Under the pieces are notes generated by a model. That model was given only the letters and a program-made list of their open reading frames with translations. It ran no database searches and was not told where the DNA came from. A stretch of DNA of 15,910 bases from a virus. Lineage: Duplodnaviria > Heunggongvirae > Uroviricota > Caudoviricetes. Position 1 is the stretch's first letter, and each line of letters begins with the position of its first letter. The translations under genes and the position numbers were made by a program. The DNA lies in the IMG/VR virus record IMGVR_UViG_3300006056_000031, positions 1 to 15,910 of that record. One strand, 5' to 3'. This document shows, in pieces, positions 6,516-14,870 of the stretch.

Positions 6516-7611
6516 TATTGAAGAAGTAAACAGCTACATAGCTAAGGGATTGGTTGATAAATGTCAACATAAAGAACTTCCCATTGCAATCTATAAATAT
6601 TCACGTAATTGCCAATTTGAATGGATCTGGGATGAGGTTACTATGAACATGAGGGGTACCGTTCTTGATGGGGAGGGAAATCTTATAGCACGGACTTTTC
6701 CAAAGTTCTTCAATATCGATGAGTCTAATATTCCAAACCTTCCGTTTGAGGTTTTTGAGAAACTTGATGGGTCATTAGGGATTTTATTTTTTTATGCCGG
6801 GGAATGGCATTTAGCAACTCAGGGATCTTTCTATTCTGATGTTGCTATTTATGGACAGGAGATACTAAAGAGAAATGAAACTTACAAGAGTGTTTTCTCC
6901 GAGAAGTTTACATTTCTTTTTGAAATTATATACCCGCAAAACAGGGTCGTTGTATCCTATGGCGATGATGAAAAATTGGTTTTATTAGCTGCTTTTAAGA
7001 CAGATTCCGGTCGGGAGGTACAGTATGATGAATTAAAAAGAGTTGCTGAAAGGACTGGATTCGAATGTGTCAAAAGATATGATGGAATAAAGGATCTTAA
7101 AAAGATAAAATCCATAATAAAACATAATCAGGAGGGATTCGTTATAAGATTCTCAGATGGTAGCAGGGTAAAAGTAAAAGGGGAGGAATATGTTAGACTT
7201 CATGGAGTTTTAACCGGATTCTCAAATTTGGATATCTGGAGATGTCTAAAAGAAGGCACCGATTACAGATCAATGATGGTTGATGTGCCTGATGAATATG
7301 ATGTCTGGGTTACAAATGTTGAGCAGGATCTTCTATCAAATTTTAATTTTATAGAAGCAACGATAAAGGCTGAATATAATCTATTAATCAAAAAGATCAA
7401 AAGTCAAACGCCAACTGAGGAGGAAAGATTAGATAGAAATTCTCCAGTTCTTAAAGCCTATAACAAGGAGTTTTTTGAGTTGGTGGAGGAGCACAGATTA
7501 GCAGGATATCTATTGGATCATAATAGTCGTAAGGATTATTCTAAATCCATATGGAACCAAATAAGACCAGATTACCAGAAACCATTTTGGGAGGATTACC
7601 CAAAAAAATAA
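6505..7611 (+). CDS. RNA ligase, T4 Rnl1 (RnlA)-like
   Basis: Nucleotidyltransferase motif I EKLDGSLG, ATQGSF, FEII, EGFV, RVKVKGEEY. Confidence 0.9.
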   Translation: MRYNIEEVNSYIAKGLVDKCQHKELPIAIYKYSRNCQFEWIWDEVTMNMRGTVLDGEGNLIARTFPKFFNIDESNIPNLPFEVFEKLDGSLGILFFYAGEWHLATQGSFYSDVAIYGQEILKRNETYKSVFSEKFTFLFEIIYPQNRVVVSYGDDEKLVLLAAFKTDSGREVQYDELKRVAERTGFECVKRYDGIKDLKKIKSIIKHNQEGFVIRFSDGSRVKVKGEEYVRLHGVLTGFSNLDIWRCLKEGTDYRSMMVDVPDEYDVWVTNVEQDLLSNFNFIEATIKAEYNLLIKKIKSQTPTEEERLDRNSPVLKAYNKEFFELVEEHRLAGYLLDHNSRKDYSKSIWNQIRPDYQKPFWEDYPKK

Positions 7612-7618
7612 AAATATA

Positions 7619-7936
7619 ATGATAACACCAGTACCATTCTTTTTATTAAATCAAAAGAGAAATAGCAAGGTTTCAAAACCTAAAATAGAAACACTAAACA
7701 AATACACCAAACTCTCTCCTGACGAGTTTATCAAACTTGTTGCAAAAAGAACAGAGGTTTCTGGGTTGACCGAATCTATTGGTTATATCAACAATTGGTA
7801 TGGATTCGACGACTTGAAGCACGAGGAAAAAATTAATTTCGTTAGAAGAATTGAAACGCCTGAATATTACAGTCTGGTTTCAAGGGTTAAAAGAATCATT
7901 AAAAAAGTCAGAAATGGAAGAGGTAATAAGTCATAA
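7619..7936 (+). CDS. Hypothetical protein
   Basis: 105 aa ORF in a tightly packed operon. Confidence 0.7.
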   Translation: MITPVPFFLLNQKRNSKVSKPKIETLNKYTKLSPDEFIKLVAKRTEVSGLTESIGYINNWYGFDDLKHEEKINFVRRIETPEYYSLVSRVKRIIKKVRNGRGNKS

Positions 7937-8150
7937 GGTAAGGGGTAAGGTTGGAGAACTCCTATGTAAGAATGGATTCGAAGATAACGGGAGAGGATTT
8001 TTCAATGAATACTGTTTAGTTATTGTGGAGGAGGATCATTATTATGTGGAGATGGACCAGGGACATATGTTTAGCCAGGATCTTAGTATCTATTGGCTGA
8101 TAGGGGTTCTTACTTATAACGGACTAATGGATAAAAATTATAAACAATAA
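7914..8150 (+). CDS. Hypothetical protein
   Basis: ATG 7914 (MEEVISHK) preferred to TTG 7851 to limit overlap. Confidence 0.7.
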   Translation: MEEVISHKVRGKVGELLCKNGFEDNGRGFFNEYCLVIVEEDHYYVEMDQGHMFSQDLSIYWLIGVLTYNGLMDKNYKQ

Positions 8151-8189
8151 CCTGGATTTCACCCAGGGCTAATATAAAAATATAAAACT

Positions 8190-8846
8190 ATGAAAATAAT
8201 ATTACAAGGACATCAGAAAATATTCTGGACATCTGATTCGCATTACAATCACTCTGGAATTTGTAGTGCTACTTCACACTGGCCTGAGGGAAGAGGAACT
8301 AGAAAATTCAATTCATTAAACGAAATGAATGACAGACTAGTATACGAGATTAATGCATCAGTAGGACCAAATGATATACTGATTCACCTAGGTGACTGGA
8401 GCTTTGGTGGTATCGAATCTATCTCGGAATTTAGAAACAGAATAAACTGTAAAACTATTCACCTATTTCTGGGAAATCATGACCATCATATAAAAAATAA
8501 CAGAGATAACGTACAGGATCTTTTTGCTAGTGTCAATAAACTTGAAACTATCGAACTTCGAGTACCACAGGGGAAGGAAACTAAGAAATACACATTTGAG
8601 TGTTGTCATTTTCCGATAGCTAGCTGGGATGGACTTGGGAAGGGATACTCGCATTTGCATGGACATGTTCATCTTCCTGGACATTTAAAGATACACAAGG
8701 GGAGAGCTATGGATGTTGGTGCGGATGGGAACAACTACAAGCCATATTCATTGAATGAAATATTGAAGGCATTGGAGGGAAGACCAAAAATGCACTTATC
8801 CCTACCAAAGGATCACCACACGGACGAAAACTACCAAGGAAATTAA
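8190..8846 (+). CDS. Calcineurin-like metallophosphoesterase
   Basis: Motifs SDSH, HLGD, LGNHD, CHFP, HGHVH, DVG. Confidence 0.92.
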   Translation: MKIILQGHQKIFWTSDSHYNHSGICSATSHWPEGRGTRKFNSLNEMNDRLVYEINASVGPNDILIHLGDWSFGGIESISEFRNRINCKTIHLFLGNHDHHIKNNRDNVQDLFASVNKLETIELRVPQGKETKKYTFECCHFPIASWDGLGKGYSHLHGHVHLPGHLKIHKGRAMDVGADGNNYKPYSLNEILKALEGRPKMHLSLPKDHHTDENYQGN

Positions 8847-8865
8847 CAATTAAAATAAAAATAAA

Positions 8866-9030
8866 ATGAAAGCAAATCTGTATTTAATAGCTCTAAGCAT
8901 CGTATTGTTACCAGCAATATATTTTATAAACGACGGTGAAAAACACTGGACCCAATTAATCCCTCTTGGATATTTAGCATATTCGTTTATAGTTGGTACG
9001 ATATCAGCAATCAGAGGAAATAGAAAATAG
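8866..9030 (+). CDS. Small two-TM membrane protein (54 aa; absent from ORF track)
   Basis: Manual translation MKANLYLIALSIVLLPAIYFINDGEKHWTQLIPLGYLAYSFIVGTISAIRGNRK*; A-rich leader; fills the intergenic gap. Confidence 0.75.
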   Translation: MKANLYLIALSIVLLPAIYFINDGEKHWTQLIPLGYLAYSFIVGTISAIRGNRK

Positions 9031-9034
9031 AAAT

Positions 9035-9502
9035 ATGCTCTATAGAATAAAAATAGGATCTCATGGGAGTTCATGGATACCTTCTATTACTTTTAGAGAA
9101 TCTATATCAGGATCTTTTTCCTTCCTTGGTGATTTTGAATATGTTATAGATTCCCAGGAGGACACTAATAAGTTAGTAGGGCTTTCCGATGGATGGACAC
9201 ACCACAAAAATTCGATAAGAATAGGATGGAGATGGAATAATGGACTGGAGTTAATGACCATAGTCTATAGGAATGGGGTAAGAGAAATAAAGTCGATGGG
9301 CTACATTGAAGCGAATAAGAAATATAAGTATCAGATACAAATTTTTGACGACTTTTATGGAATAAAGGTAACATCAGGAGATACCACATATGCGGAGCTA
9401 CTTGATAGATCCACAAAATGGAATTTCATAAGGGTTATACTAAAACCTTATTTTGGTGGAAAAAATAAAGCACCTAAGAGTTTTGATATATTGCTAGATT
9501 AA
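9035..9502 (+). CDS. Hypothetical beta-rich protein
   Basis: ATG 9035 follows the previous stop; aromatic beta-strand pattern (SIRIGWRW, PYFGG). Confidence 0.75.
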   Translation: MLYRIKIGSHGSSWIPSITFRESISGSFSFLGDFEYVIDSQEDTNKLVGLSDGWTHHKNSIRIGWRWNNGLELMTIVYRNGVREIKSMGYIEANKKYKYQIQIFDDFYGIKVTSGDTTYAELLDRSTKWNFIRVILKPYFGGKNKAPKSFDILLD

Positions 9503-9508
9503 AAAATC

Positions 9509-9814
9509 ATGGGAGAAATTAATATAGACGGAAGAGTCCTTAAGTACCAATTGATGGGTGACTGTAGTGAATATGATTCATGGGAATGGACTGAATTTTA
9601 CGAGGGAACAGAGACAGTAACCAAAAGAGTAAGATCCGGCTGGTTCGATTTATTTGGTACGAGAGTACAAGTTGAGGAACCGAAGCTGGTCTTTACTATA
9701 AACATGTCTTGTGAGAATGTTAGAATAACTAAGGGGGAATGGAGAAAAAGAATACTAAGAGAATTAGCTCTTCTTAATAGGAGAGGGGAATTAGAAAGGG
9801 GAGAATTAATATGA
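9509..9814 (+). CDS. Hypothetical protein
   Basis: 101 aa ORF; stop overlaps the next ATG (ATGA). Confidence 0.75.
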   Translation: MGEINIDGRVLKYQLMGDCSEYDSWEWTEFYEGTETVTKRVRSGWFDLFGTRVQVEEPKLVFTINMSCENVRITKGEWRKRILRELALLNRRGELERGELI

Positions 9815-9852
9815 AAGAACTATTTTTATTAAGAGGATTACCAGGAATTTAA
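9811..9852 (+). CDS. 5' fragment of split AAA_33/N4BP2-like P-loop kinase (MKELFLLRGLPG)
   Basis: ATG AAA GAA CTA TTT TTA TTA AGA GGA TTA CCA GGA ATT TAA gives the beta-strand and first half of a Walker A motif. Confidence 0.85.
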   Translation: MKELFLLRGLPGI

Positions 9853-9853
9853 C

Positions 9854-9872
9854 GATATATACTATATAAATA
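9854..9872 (+). promoter_or_regulatory. GATATATA plus TATAAATA, candidate late promoter for the inserted endonuclease
   Basis: GATATATA 9854-9861 and T4-late-type TATAAATA 9865-9872 upstream of ATG 9886. Confidence 0.4.
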
Positions 9873-9885
9873 TATTTAATATCTA

Positions 9886-10761
9886 ATGGAAGCTTTTTTT
9901 AAACAATGTCCTTCATGTAATTGTAGAATGGAATATAAGCAAAAATATTCACTAAATTATTCTATCAAGCATAATAAATTATGTAGAGCATGCTCTGCTA
10001 AAAATGCTGCATCTATTTTTCCGGATAGGGGTTGGAAAAAATTGAATGATGATGTTAAGTCTGGAAAAAAACCAAATGGATTTAAAGATAAAACGCACAA
10101 CAAAGATGCTAAATTAAAAATGTCTCTTGCTGATAAATCATATACTAAGACCATTAATTTTAAAAAAACCATGTCTAACGTAACTTCTGGTAAAAATAAT
10201 GGGATGTATGGTAAATCTTTCTATGATAGTTGGGTTGATAAATATGGTGAAAAAATTGCAGATTTGAAATTAATCGAGCATAAAGCTAAACAATCAGTTA
10301 ATAGTTCAGGTAAAAAAAATGGTATGTATGGTAAATTATCTCCGATAGGTAGCGGTAATGGATGGTCTGGATGGTACAAAGGATGGTTTTTTAGAAGTTT
10401 ACTAGAATTATCATATATGATAAACGTGATCGAAAGGTTTAATTTGGAATGGAAAAATGCTGAATATAAAAAATATACAGTAGAATATTTTAATGATGAT
10501 GTTTGCAGGACTTATAGAGCGGATTTTATAATTGAAGACAAATATATGGTTGAGGTTAAACCAAAAAAATTACACAATTCATACTCTGTAATTTTAAAAA
10601 TGGAAGCTGCTAAGTTATGGTGCATTAAAAATAATTTTGTATACAAATTAACAAGTTGCCCAAAATTATCAGATAATGAAATTTTAAATTTAATAGAAGA
10701 TAAAAAAATAATATTAACAAATAGATATAAAACAAAATTTGATGAGCAATTTAAAAAATAG
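9886..10761 (+). CDS. Putative homing endonuclease: CxxC zinc ribbon + NUMOD3-like repeats + TnsA-like PD-(D/E)xK domain
   Basis: CPSC...CRAC; GKNNGMYGK/GKKNGMYGK repeats; RSLLE...YRADF...VEVKP...KMEAAKLWC. Confidence 0.8.
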   Translation: MEAFFKQCPSCNCRMEYKQKYSLNYSIKHNKLCRACSAKNAASIFPDRGWKKLNDDVKSGKKPNGFKDKTHNKDAKLKMSLADKSYTKTINFKKTMSNVTSGKNNGMYGKSFYDSWVDKYGEKIADLKLIEHKAKQSVNSSGKKNGMYGKLSPIGSGNGWSGWYKGWFFRSLLELSYMINVIERFNLEWKNAEYKKYTVEYFNDDVCRTYRADFIIEDKYMVEVKPKKLHNSYSVILKMEAAKLWCIKNNFVYKLTSCPKLSDNEILNLIEDKKIILTNRYKTKFDEQFKK

Positions 10762-10799
10762 TAGCCCTCGCAAGGAACTTTTCCTTTTACGAGGGCTAC
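10761..10799. other. Strong RNA/DNA hairpin at the 3' end of the insert
   Basis: GTAGCCCTCG (10761-10770)/CGAGGGCTAC (10790-10799) perfect 10-bp stem enclosing AAGGAA-CTT-TTCCTT. Confidence 0.8.
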
Positions 10800-10810
10800 C
10801 GTAACCAGGA

Positions 10811-11176
10811 GCTGGTAAAACAACATTAGCTAAAATGTTAGTTGGAGAGAAAGACTATTGTCACAAAGAAGCTGATATGTATTTCATGGATCCCTATGGT
10901 AATTACAGATTTAATACTATGGAGTTAAAAGATGCTCATAAATGGTGTCAGGATGAAATGGAGTTTGTTATGACATATGAACATTCACCTGTAGTGGTAT
11001 CAAACACATTCACGCAGGAATGGGAAATGCAGCCATACTATGATTTAGCAGAAAAATATGGATATCGGGTTCATTCCTTGGTTATCGAAAATAGACACAG
11101 TGGCATCAATTCCCACGGTGTTCCCGATGAAACGCTGGAGAAAATGAAAAATAGATTTGATTTAAAACTCATATAA
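10811..11176 (+). CDS. 3' fragment of split AAA_33/N4BP2-like kinase
   Basis: AGKTTLAKM...EADMYF...VVVSNTF...HGVPDETLEKMKNRF; the frame is closed upstream by TAA at 10802-10804. Confidence 0.85.
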   Translation, partial: AGKTTLAKMLVGEKDYCHKEADMYFMDPYGNYRFNTMELKDAHKWCQDEMEFVMTYEHSPVVVSNTFTQEWEMQPYYDLAEKYGYRVHSLVIENRHSGINSHGVPDETLEKMKNRFDLKLI

Positions 11177-11916
11177 TGGAAGAAAAATATTTAACGCTTG
11201 ACGAAGCTAAGAAGAAATACGGAAGAACAGAAAATGGTAGATTCTATGGTGTGCATAAGATATTCAACATCCTCATAAACGATAAGCCTCATGGGGTTTA
11301 TAGTATTGATGGATATGAACACCAGCTAGGAAAAAACAATGGTGGACCTGCTGGATGGTGGCTTGATTATTCAACCGAGGTAAATCCGGAGAGAGAATTG
11401 GTTCCATATCTTGACCGGGGTGTTCACCGGATTTGTTGGGAGATCAAATACAAGCAGAGCAATAGAACCAAACATAAATGGGGAGAATGGAGAATTAATG
11501 CCACCGGGCTTTGCGAGATTTACGCAAACGGTAGACATGTTTACACTATGGTTAACTCGGATTTAGGTTCTGCACTTTCACATGCTTATGTTATGACGGA
11601 AAAACTTTTGCATCATGTTTATGATTTTATAAATCCGGAGAATGATAACGGCAGAAAGATCTATTACTACGGATTACCTGCAACAATTAGAGCTGGATAT
11701 GAGCCGGGTGAGATTAAAGTTTACCCTGACTATGAAAAGATACCAGAGGATAAATGGTGGAAAATATACGAGGAGAGAAAAACCCCTGCGGAAAACCTTG
11801 GATCCAAGGAGGATCGGGAAATGGAGGAATCTGATGTACAGGAACACAGGGATTATGGTTCAATTAATCATGGTGATGCTTTCTGGGATGGTATGATAAA
11901 CTGGTTTAGGAAATAA
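11176..11916 (+). CDS. Hypothetical protein
   Basis: 246 aa ORF, TAATG-coupled on both sides. Confidence 0.8.
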   Translation: MEEKYLTLDEAKKKYGRTENGRFYGVHKIFNILINDKPHGVYSIDGYEHQLGKNNGGPAGWWLDYSTEVNPERELVPYLDRGVHRICWEIKYKQSNRTKHKWGEWRINATGLCEIYANGRHVYTMVNSDLGSALSHAYVMTEKLLHHVYDFINPENDNGRKIYYYGLPATIRAGYEPGEIKVYPDYEKIPEDKWWKIYEERKTPAENLGSKEDREMEESDVQEHRDYGSINHGDAFWDGMINWFRK

Positions 11917-12323
11917 TGGGAATATTAGAGAAATCTGCCATTCTGGAATTAGATTGTCCAGGTCTAGATAAGGACCAATTAGATGTTATGGTTACAGAAT
12001 GTGAAAGAATTAAAAATGGGCTACTATTATTATTTACTGAATTTGTTTATCGACTACCATCTTCTGACATATTAAGTGAAATTTGTTTGCAGATTTCCAA
12101 CCTATTAGGTTTAACTAATAGCAATTTTTATGTTATATTAGAGGGCAGATGGGTATCAACCGAGGATATTAATGGTGATCTTAATTTTAAAGTACTTGAT
12201 GACCGCATTATTGATTTTGTATCACTGGTTGAGGCAATTAAAATAAAGACGAAACAAGGTGATGTTTTTCCTCTAGAAAGATATCTGGAGATATCAATAA
12301 TATTTTGGAAAATAACGAAGTAA
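11916..12323 (+). CDS. Hypothetical protein
   Basis: 135 aa ORF coupled to the upstream gene. Confidence 0.7.
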   Translation: MGILEKSAILELDCPGLDKDQLDVMVTECERIKNGLLLLFTEFVYRLPSSDILSEICLQISNLLGLTNSNFYVILEGRWVSTEDINGDLNFKVLDDRIIDFVSLVEAIKIKTKQGDVFPLERYLEISIIFWKITK

Positions 12324-12327
12324 AAAA

Positions 12328-13113
12328 ATGCCATATAAGAAAATATCGGGGATTTATATTATAACTAATACTATAAACGGTAAGGTTTATATTGGTAGTG
12401 CAAAATCTATCTTTAAAAGATTGCATCGTCATAGATACATGTTGGATAAAAATAGGCACACGAATAGACATATGCAATCATCATATAACAAGTATGGATC
12501 TTCTAGCTTTACTTTTGAAATAGTTGAGATAACAATTCTTGATAAAAAAATAATGGAGGATAGGGAGGAATTTTATATATTATCATTTAGATCAAACGAT
12601 AAAAAATTTGGTTATAATAAAAGATTAGATTGTAGAACAAACCTGGGAATTAATGCATCCGATGAATCAAGAGAAAAAATGAGGATTTCTCATATTGGAA
12701 TTAATCAAAGCAGTGAAGCAAAGAAAAAAATAGCAATTTCGCGATATAAGGAGATCTATAAGCTAGATTCTTTAGGAATTATACTTTGTAAATATGATTC
12801 TATAATTTCAGCTTCCTCTGAAAATGATATATGTAAACAGTCCATTTCTTCTGCTTGTATAGGAAAAATCCCACATGCTGGAGGATATTATTGGTCATTT
12901 GTTGATTGTTATGATGCATCAGATGAATTTGGGGAGATAAAAAGAACATATAAACAAAAAAAATTCATTTATAAAAATACGAAAACACTTGAAACGTATA
13001 GTAAATTGTGCGAAGTTGCAAAGATTCTTGGTAAGACCAGTTCCAATTTAACTAACGCATTTAATGGGAGAATTAAAAACAATACAAAATTTATAAGATA
13101 TGAAAGAGAATAA
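12328..13113 (+). CDS. Free-standing GIY-YIG homing endonuclease with NUMOD3/NUMOD1-like DNA-binding modules
   Basis: SGIYIITNTINGKVYIGSA, R..H, FTFEIVE, YN motifs; SDESREKMRISH and KEIYKLD...YWSF modules. Confidence 0.9.
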   Translation: MPYKKISGIYIITNTINGKVYIGSAKSIFKRLHRHRYMLDKNRHTNRHMQSSYNKYGSSSFTFEIVEITILDKKIMEDREEFYILSFRSNDKKFGYNKRLDCRTNLGINASDESREKMRISHIGINQSSEAKKKIAISRYKEIYKLDSLGIILCKYDSIISASSENDICKQSISSACIGKIPHAGGYYWSFVDCYDASDEFGEIKRTYKQKKFIYKNTKTLETYSKLCEVAKILGKTSSNLTNAFNGRIKNNTKFIRYERE

Positions 13114-13525
13114 CAGTGGCTTTAATTTGTTTCTTGATGACATACGCCACCCGTATGATTGCATAAGCTATATGCCATCTCCTGGAATATATTCAAAATA
13201 CGTGTGGGAAACGGTCCGCAGTTACGATGAATTCATTTCATTCATCTCGGAACATGGTCTGCCGGATCTAATATCCTTTGATCACGATCTAGCGGACGAG
13301 CATTATAATCCCGATATGTACAACGGACAGGAGATCTACAACAAACACTATTCCGAATTCAAAGAGAAGACAGGAATGGACTGTGCAAAATGGCTTGTCG
13401 ACTATTGCATGGATAATAAAAAGGAACTCCCTGATTTTGTCGTACATTCAATGAATCCAGCGGGAGCTGAGAACATCAAACAACTATTAACACAATTTAA
13501 AGAATTTCAACATAAAAATCAATAA
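13100..13525 (+). CDS. Cyclic-phosphate-processing receiver-like (REC-fold) protein
   Basis: LFLDDIR, VRSYDEF, ISFDHDL, TGMDCAKWL, VHSMNPAG pattern. Confidence 0.8.
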   Translation: MKENNSGFNLFLDDIRHPYDCISYMPSPGIYSKYVWETVRSYDEFISFISEHGLPDLISFDHDLADEHYNPDMYNGQEIYNKHYSEFKEKTGMDCAKWLVDYCMDNKKELPDFVVHSMNPAGAENIKQLLTQFKEFQHKNQ

Positions 13526-13526
13526 C

Positions 13527-14204
13527 ATGGATTACGGAGCAGAATTTAGAAAGTACGCACAAAGCGAGATGGGGGTTAGCTCATTAACAATGGACTATCA
13601 CGCAAAACAAATCGAGGCATCAATGACGCCAATGATTTTAGAGGAGAGGGAATTAAGGGTCACGCAGATGACTGTTTTTGATAGGTTGATGATGGACAGA
13701 ATCCTTTGGGTTGCTGGTCCGGTTAACGATAGGATGTCAACAATAGTTCAAGCACAACTTATGTTCTTGGATTCTGTTGAAGTTAAAGACATTACCATGC
13801 ACATTGATTCACCAGGTGGATCAGTTAAGAGCGGATTGAGTATGGTTGATGTTATGGATTATATCAAGTCCGATATTGCTACGATCAACACAGGTATGGC
13901 TGCTTCCATGGGATCGGTTCTTTTGGGAGCTGGAACAAAGGGAAAAAGATCATCACTAAGATTTAGTAAAGTTATGCTTCACCAATCTAGTGGGGGATTC
14001 ATAGGAAATATTCAGGATGCTGAAATTAACTGGAAAGAATGGAAAGAGGTAAACTCCATCTTGTTTGACCTACTCGGCGATTTCTGTGATAAGGATCCAG
14101 AACAAGTTAAGACGGATTCTCAAAGAGATTTCTGGATGAGTGCACAGGAGGCAGTTGATTACGGAATCATTGACGAGATCGTAAAGGGTAAAAGATTAAG
14201 ATAA
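13527..14204 (+). CDS. clpP: ATP-dependent Clp protease proteolytic subunit
   Basis: IDSPGGSV, GMAASMG (catalytic Ser), MLHQ (His), RDFW (Asp). Confidence 0.95.
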   Translation: MDYGAEFRKYAQSEMGVSSLTMDYHAKQIEASMTPMILEERELRVTQMTVFDRLMMDRILWVAGPVNDRMSTIVQAQLMFLDSVEVKDITMHIDSPGGSVKSGLSMVDVMDYIKSDIATINTGMAASMGSVLLGAGTKGKRSSLRFSKVMLHQSSGGFIGNIQDAEINWKEWKEVNSILFDLLGDFCDKDPEQVKTDSQRDFWMSAQEAVDYGIIDEIVKGKRLR

Positions 14205-14614
14205 TGGAAAGAAAGATACCAAGTAATTTAGGAGCGCAGATTCTACATCCTTTAATCGGGTGGGGTGATGAAATGCACACAGAGGAAAGGTATATGGAGA
14301 AGATACAGGAATTTGAAAGAAAGGTTGAGAAATCAATCATGGAAACTTTTAAAAGAATTGATATCCAAGGGATCGTTAAAACCGATCCCTATTCTCTTCC
14401 ATATAAGAAAGAAATTAAGGTGACATTAAGAGGTGAAAGCTATCTCAATGGACCATATGAGATCTTCAGGGTTGTTAGACCCATCATAAAGGAATTACTT
14501 AACGAGAATCTGTACAAAATTAGATTCTATGTTTATATTGACATCACAACAGAATCAAGATTTCCTTTAGGGATGGGCGAGATTAATTATTATTTTAGAT
14601 ATTATGAGCACTAA
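14204..14614 (+). CDS. Hypothetical protein
   Basis: 136 aa ORF, TAATG-coupled. Confidence 0.75.
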   Translation: MERKIPSNLGAQILHPLIGWGDEMHTEERYMEKIQEFERKVEKSIMETFKRIDIQGIVKTDPYSLPYKKEIKVTLRGESYLNGPYEIFRVVRPIIKELLNENLYKIRFYVYIDITTESRFPLGMGEINYYFRYYEH

Positions 14615-14867
14615 AGAAAAAGCAATAGAAAAAAGACATAGGTTTGTTATAGATTCAGTAAAAACATTTGGTCTGAATATCGATAATGATCAATGGGCAG
14701 AGAGAGGATGGATTAGAATAGAAAGCTTTGATCATAAAGATCTAAGACCTTTAATAATATATCAGGATGAGAATGAGGATGCAATTCTGGAGGAGCTTAG
14801 GAGTTATATGTATACCATAGGGGCTCATAGTTTTAAATTAAGGTTTAAAAGTTTATTTGATTTATAA
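14604..14867 (+). CDS. Hypothetical protein
   Basis: 87 aa ORF overlapping the previous stop. Confidence 0.75.
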   Translation: MSTKEKAIEKRHRFVIDSVKTFGLNIDNDQWAERGWIRIESFDHKDLRPLIIYQDENEDAILEELRSYMYTIGAHSFKLRFKSLFDL

Positions 14868-14870
14868 ATG

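Larger units (their letters stand above)
9847..10810 (+). mobile_element. 964-bp endonuclease-carrying insert interrupting the kinase gene
   Basis: Direct repeat ACCAGGA at 9840-9846 and 10804-10810; removing one repeat plus the insert restores GLPG-AGKT in frame. Confidence 0.85.

Noticed and set aside
8152-8168. CCTGG-ATTTCAC-CCAGG stem-loop as a terminator
   Set aside because: Only 5 bp with no U-tract; too weak to call.
9847-10810. Group I/II intron or intein
   Set aside because: Too little non-coding sequence, no U|...G or GUGYG...AY ends at any junction register, and the frame shift plus stops exclude an intein. A core hidden in the ORF cannot be fully excluded without a covariance-model search.
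9847-10810. Insertion sequence with target-site duplication
   Set aside because: No terminal inverted repeats and no DDE or Y1 transposase motifs seen; kept only as an alternative reading of the 7-bp repeat.
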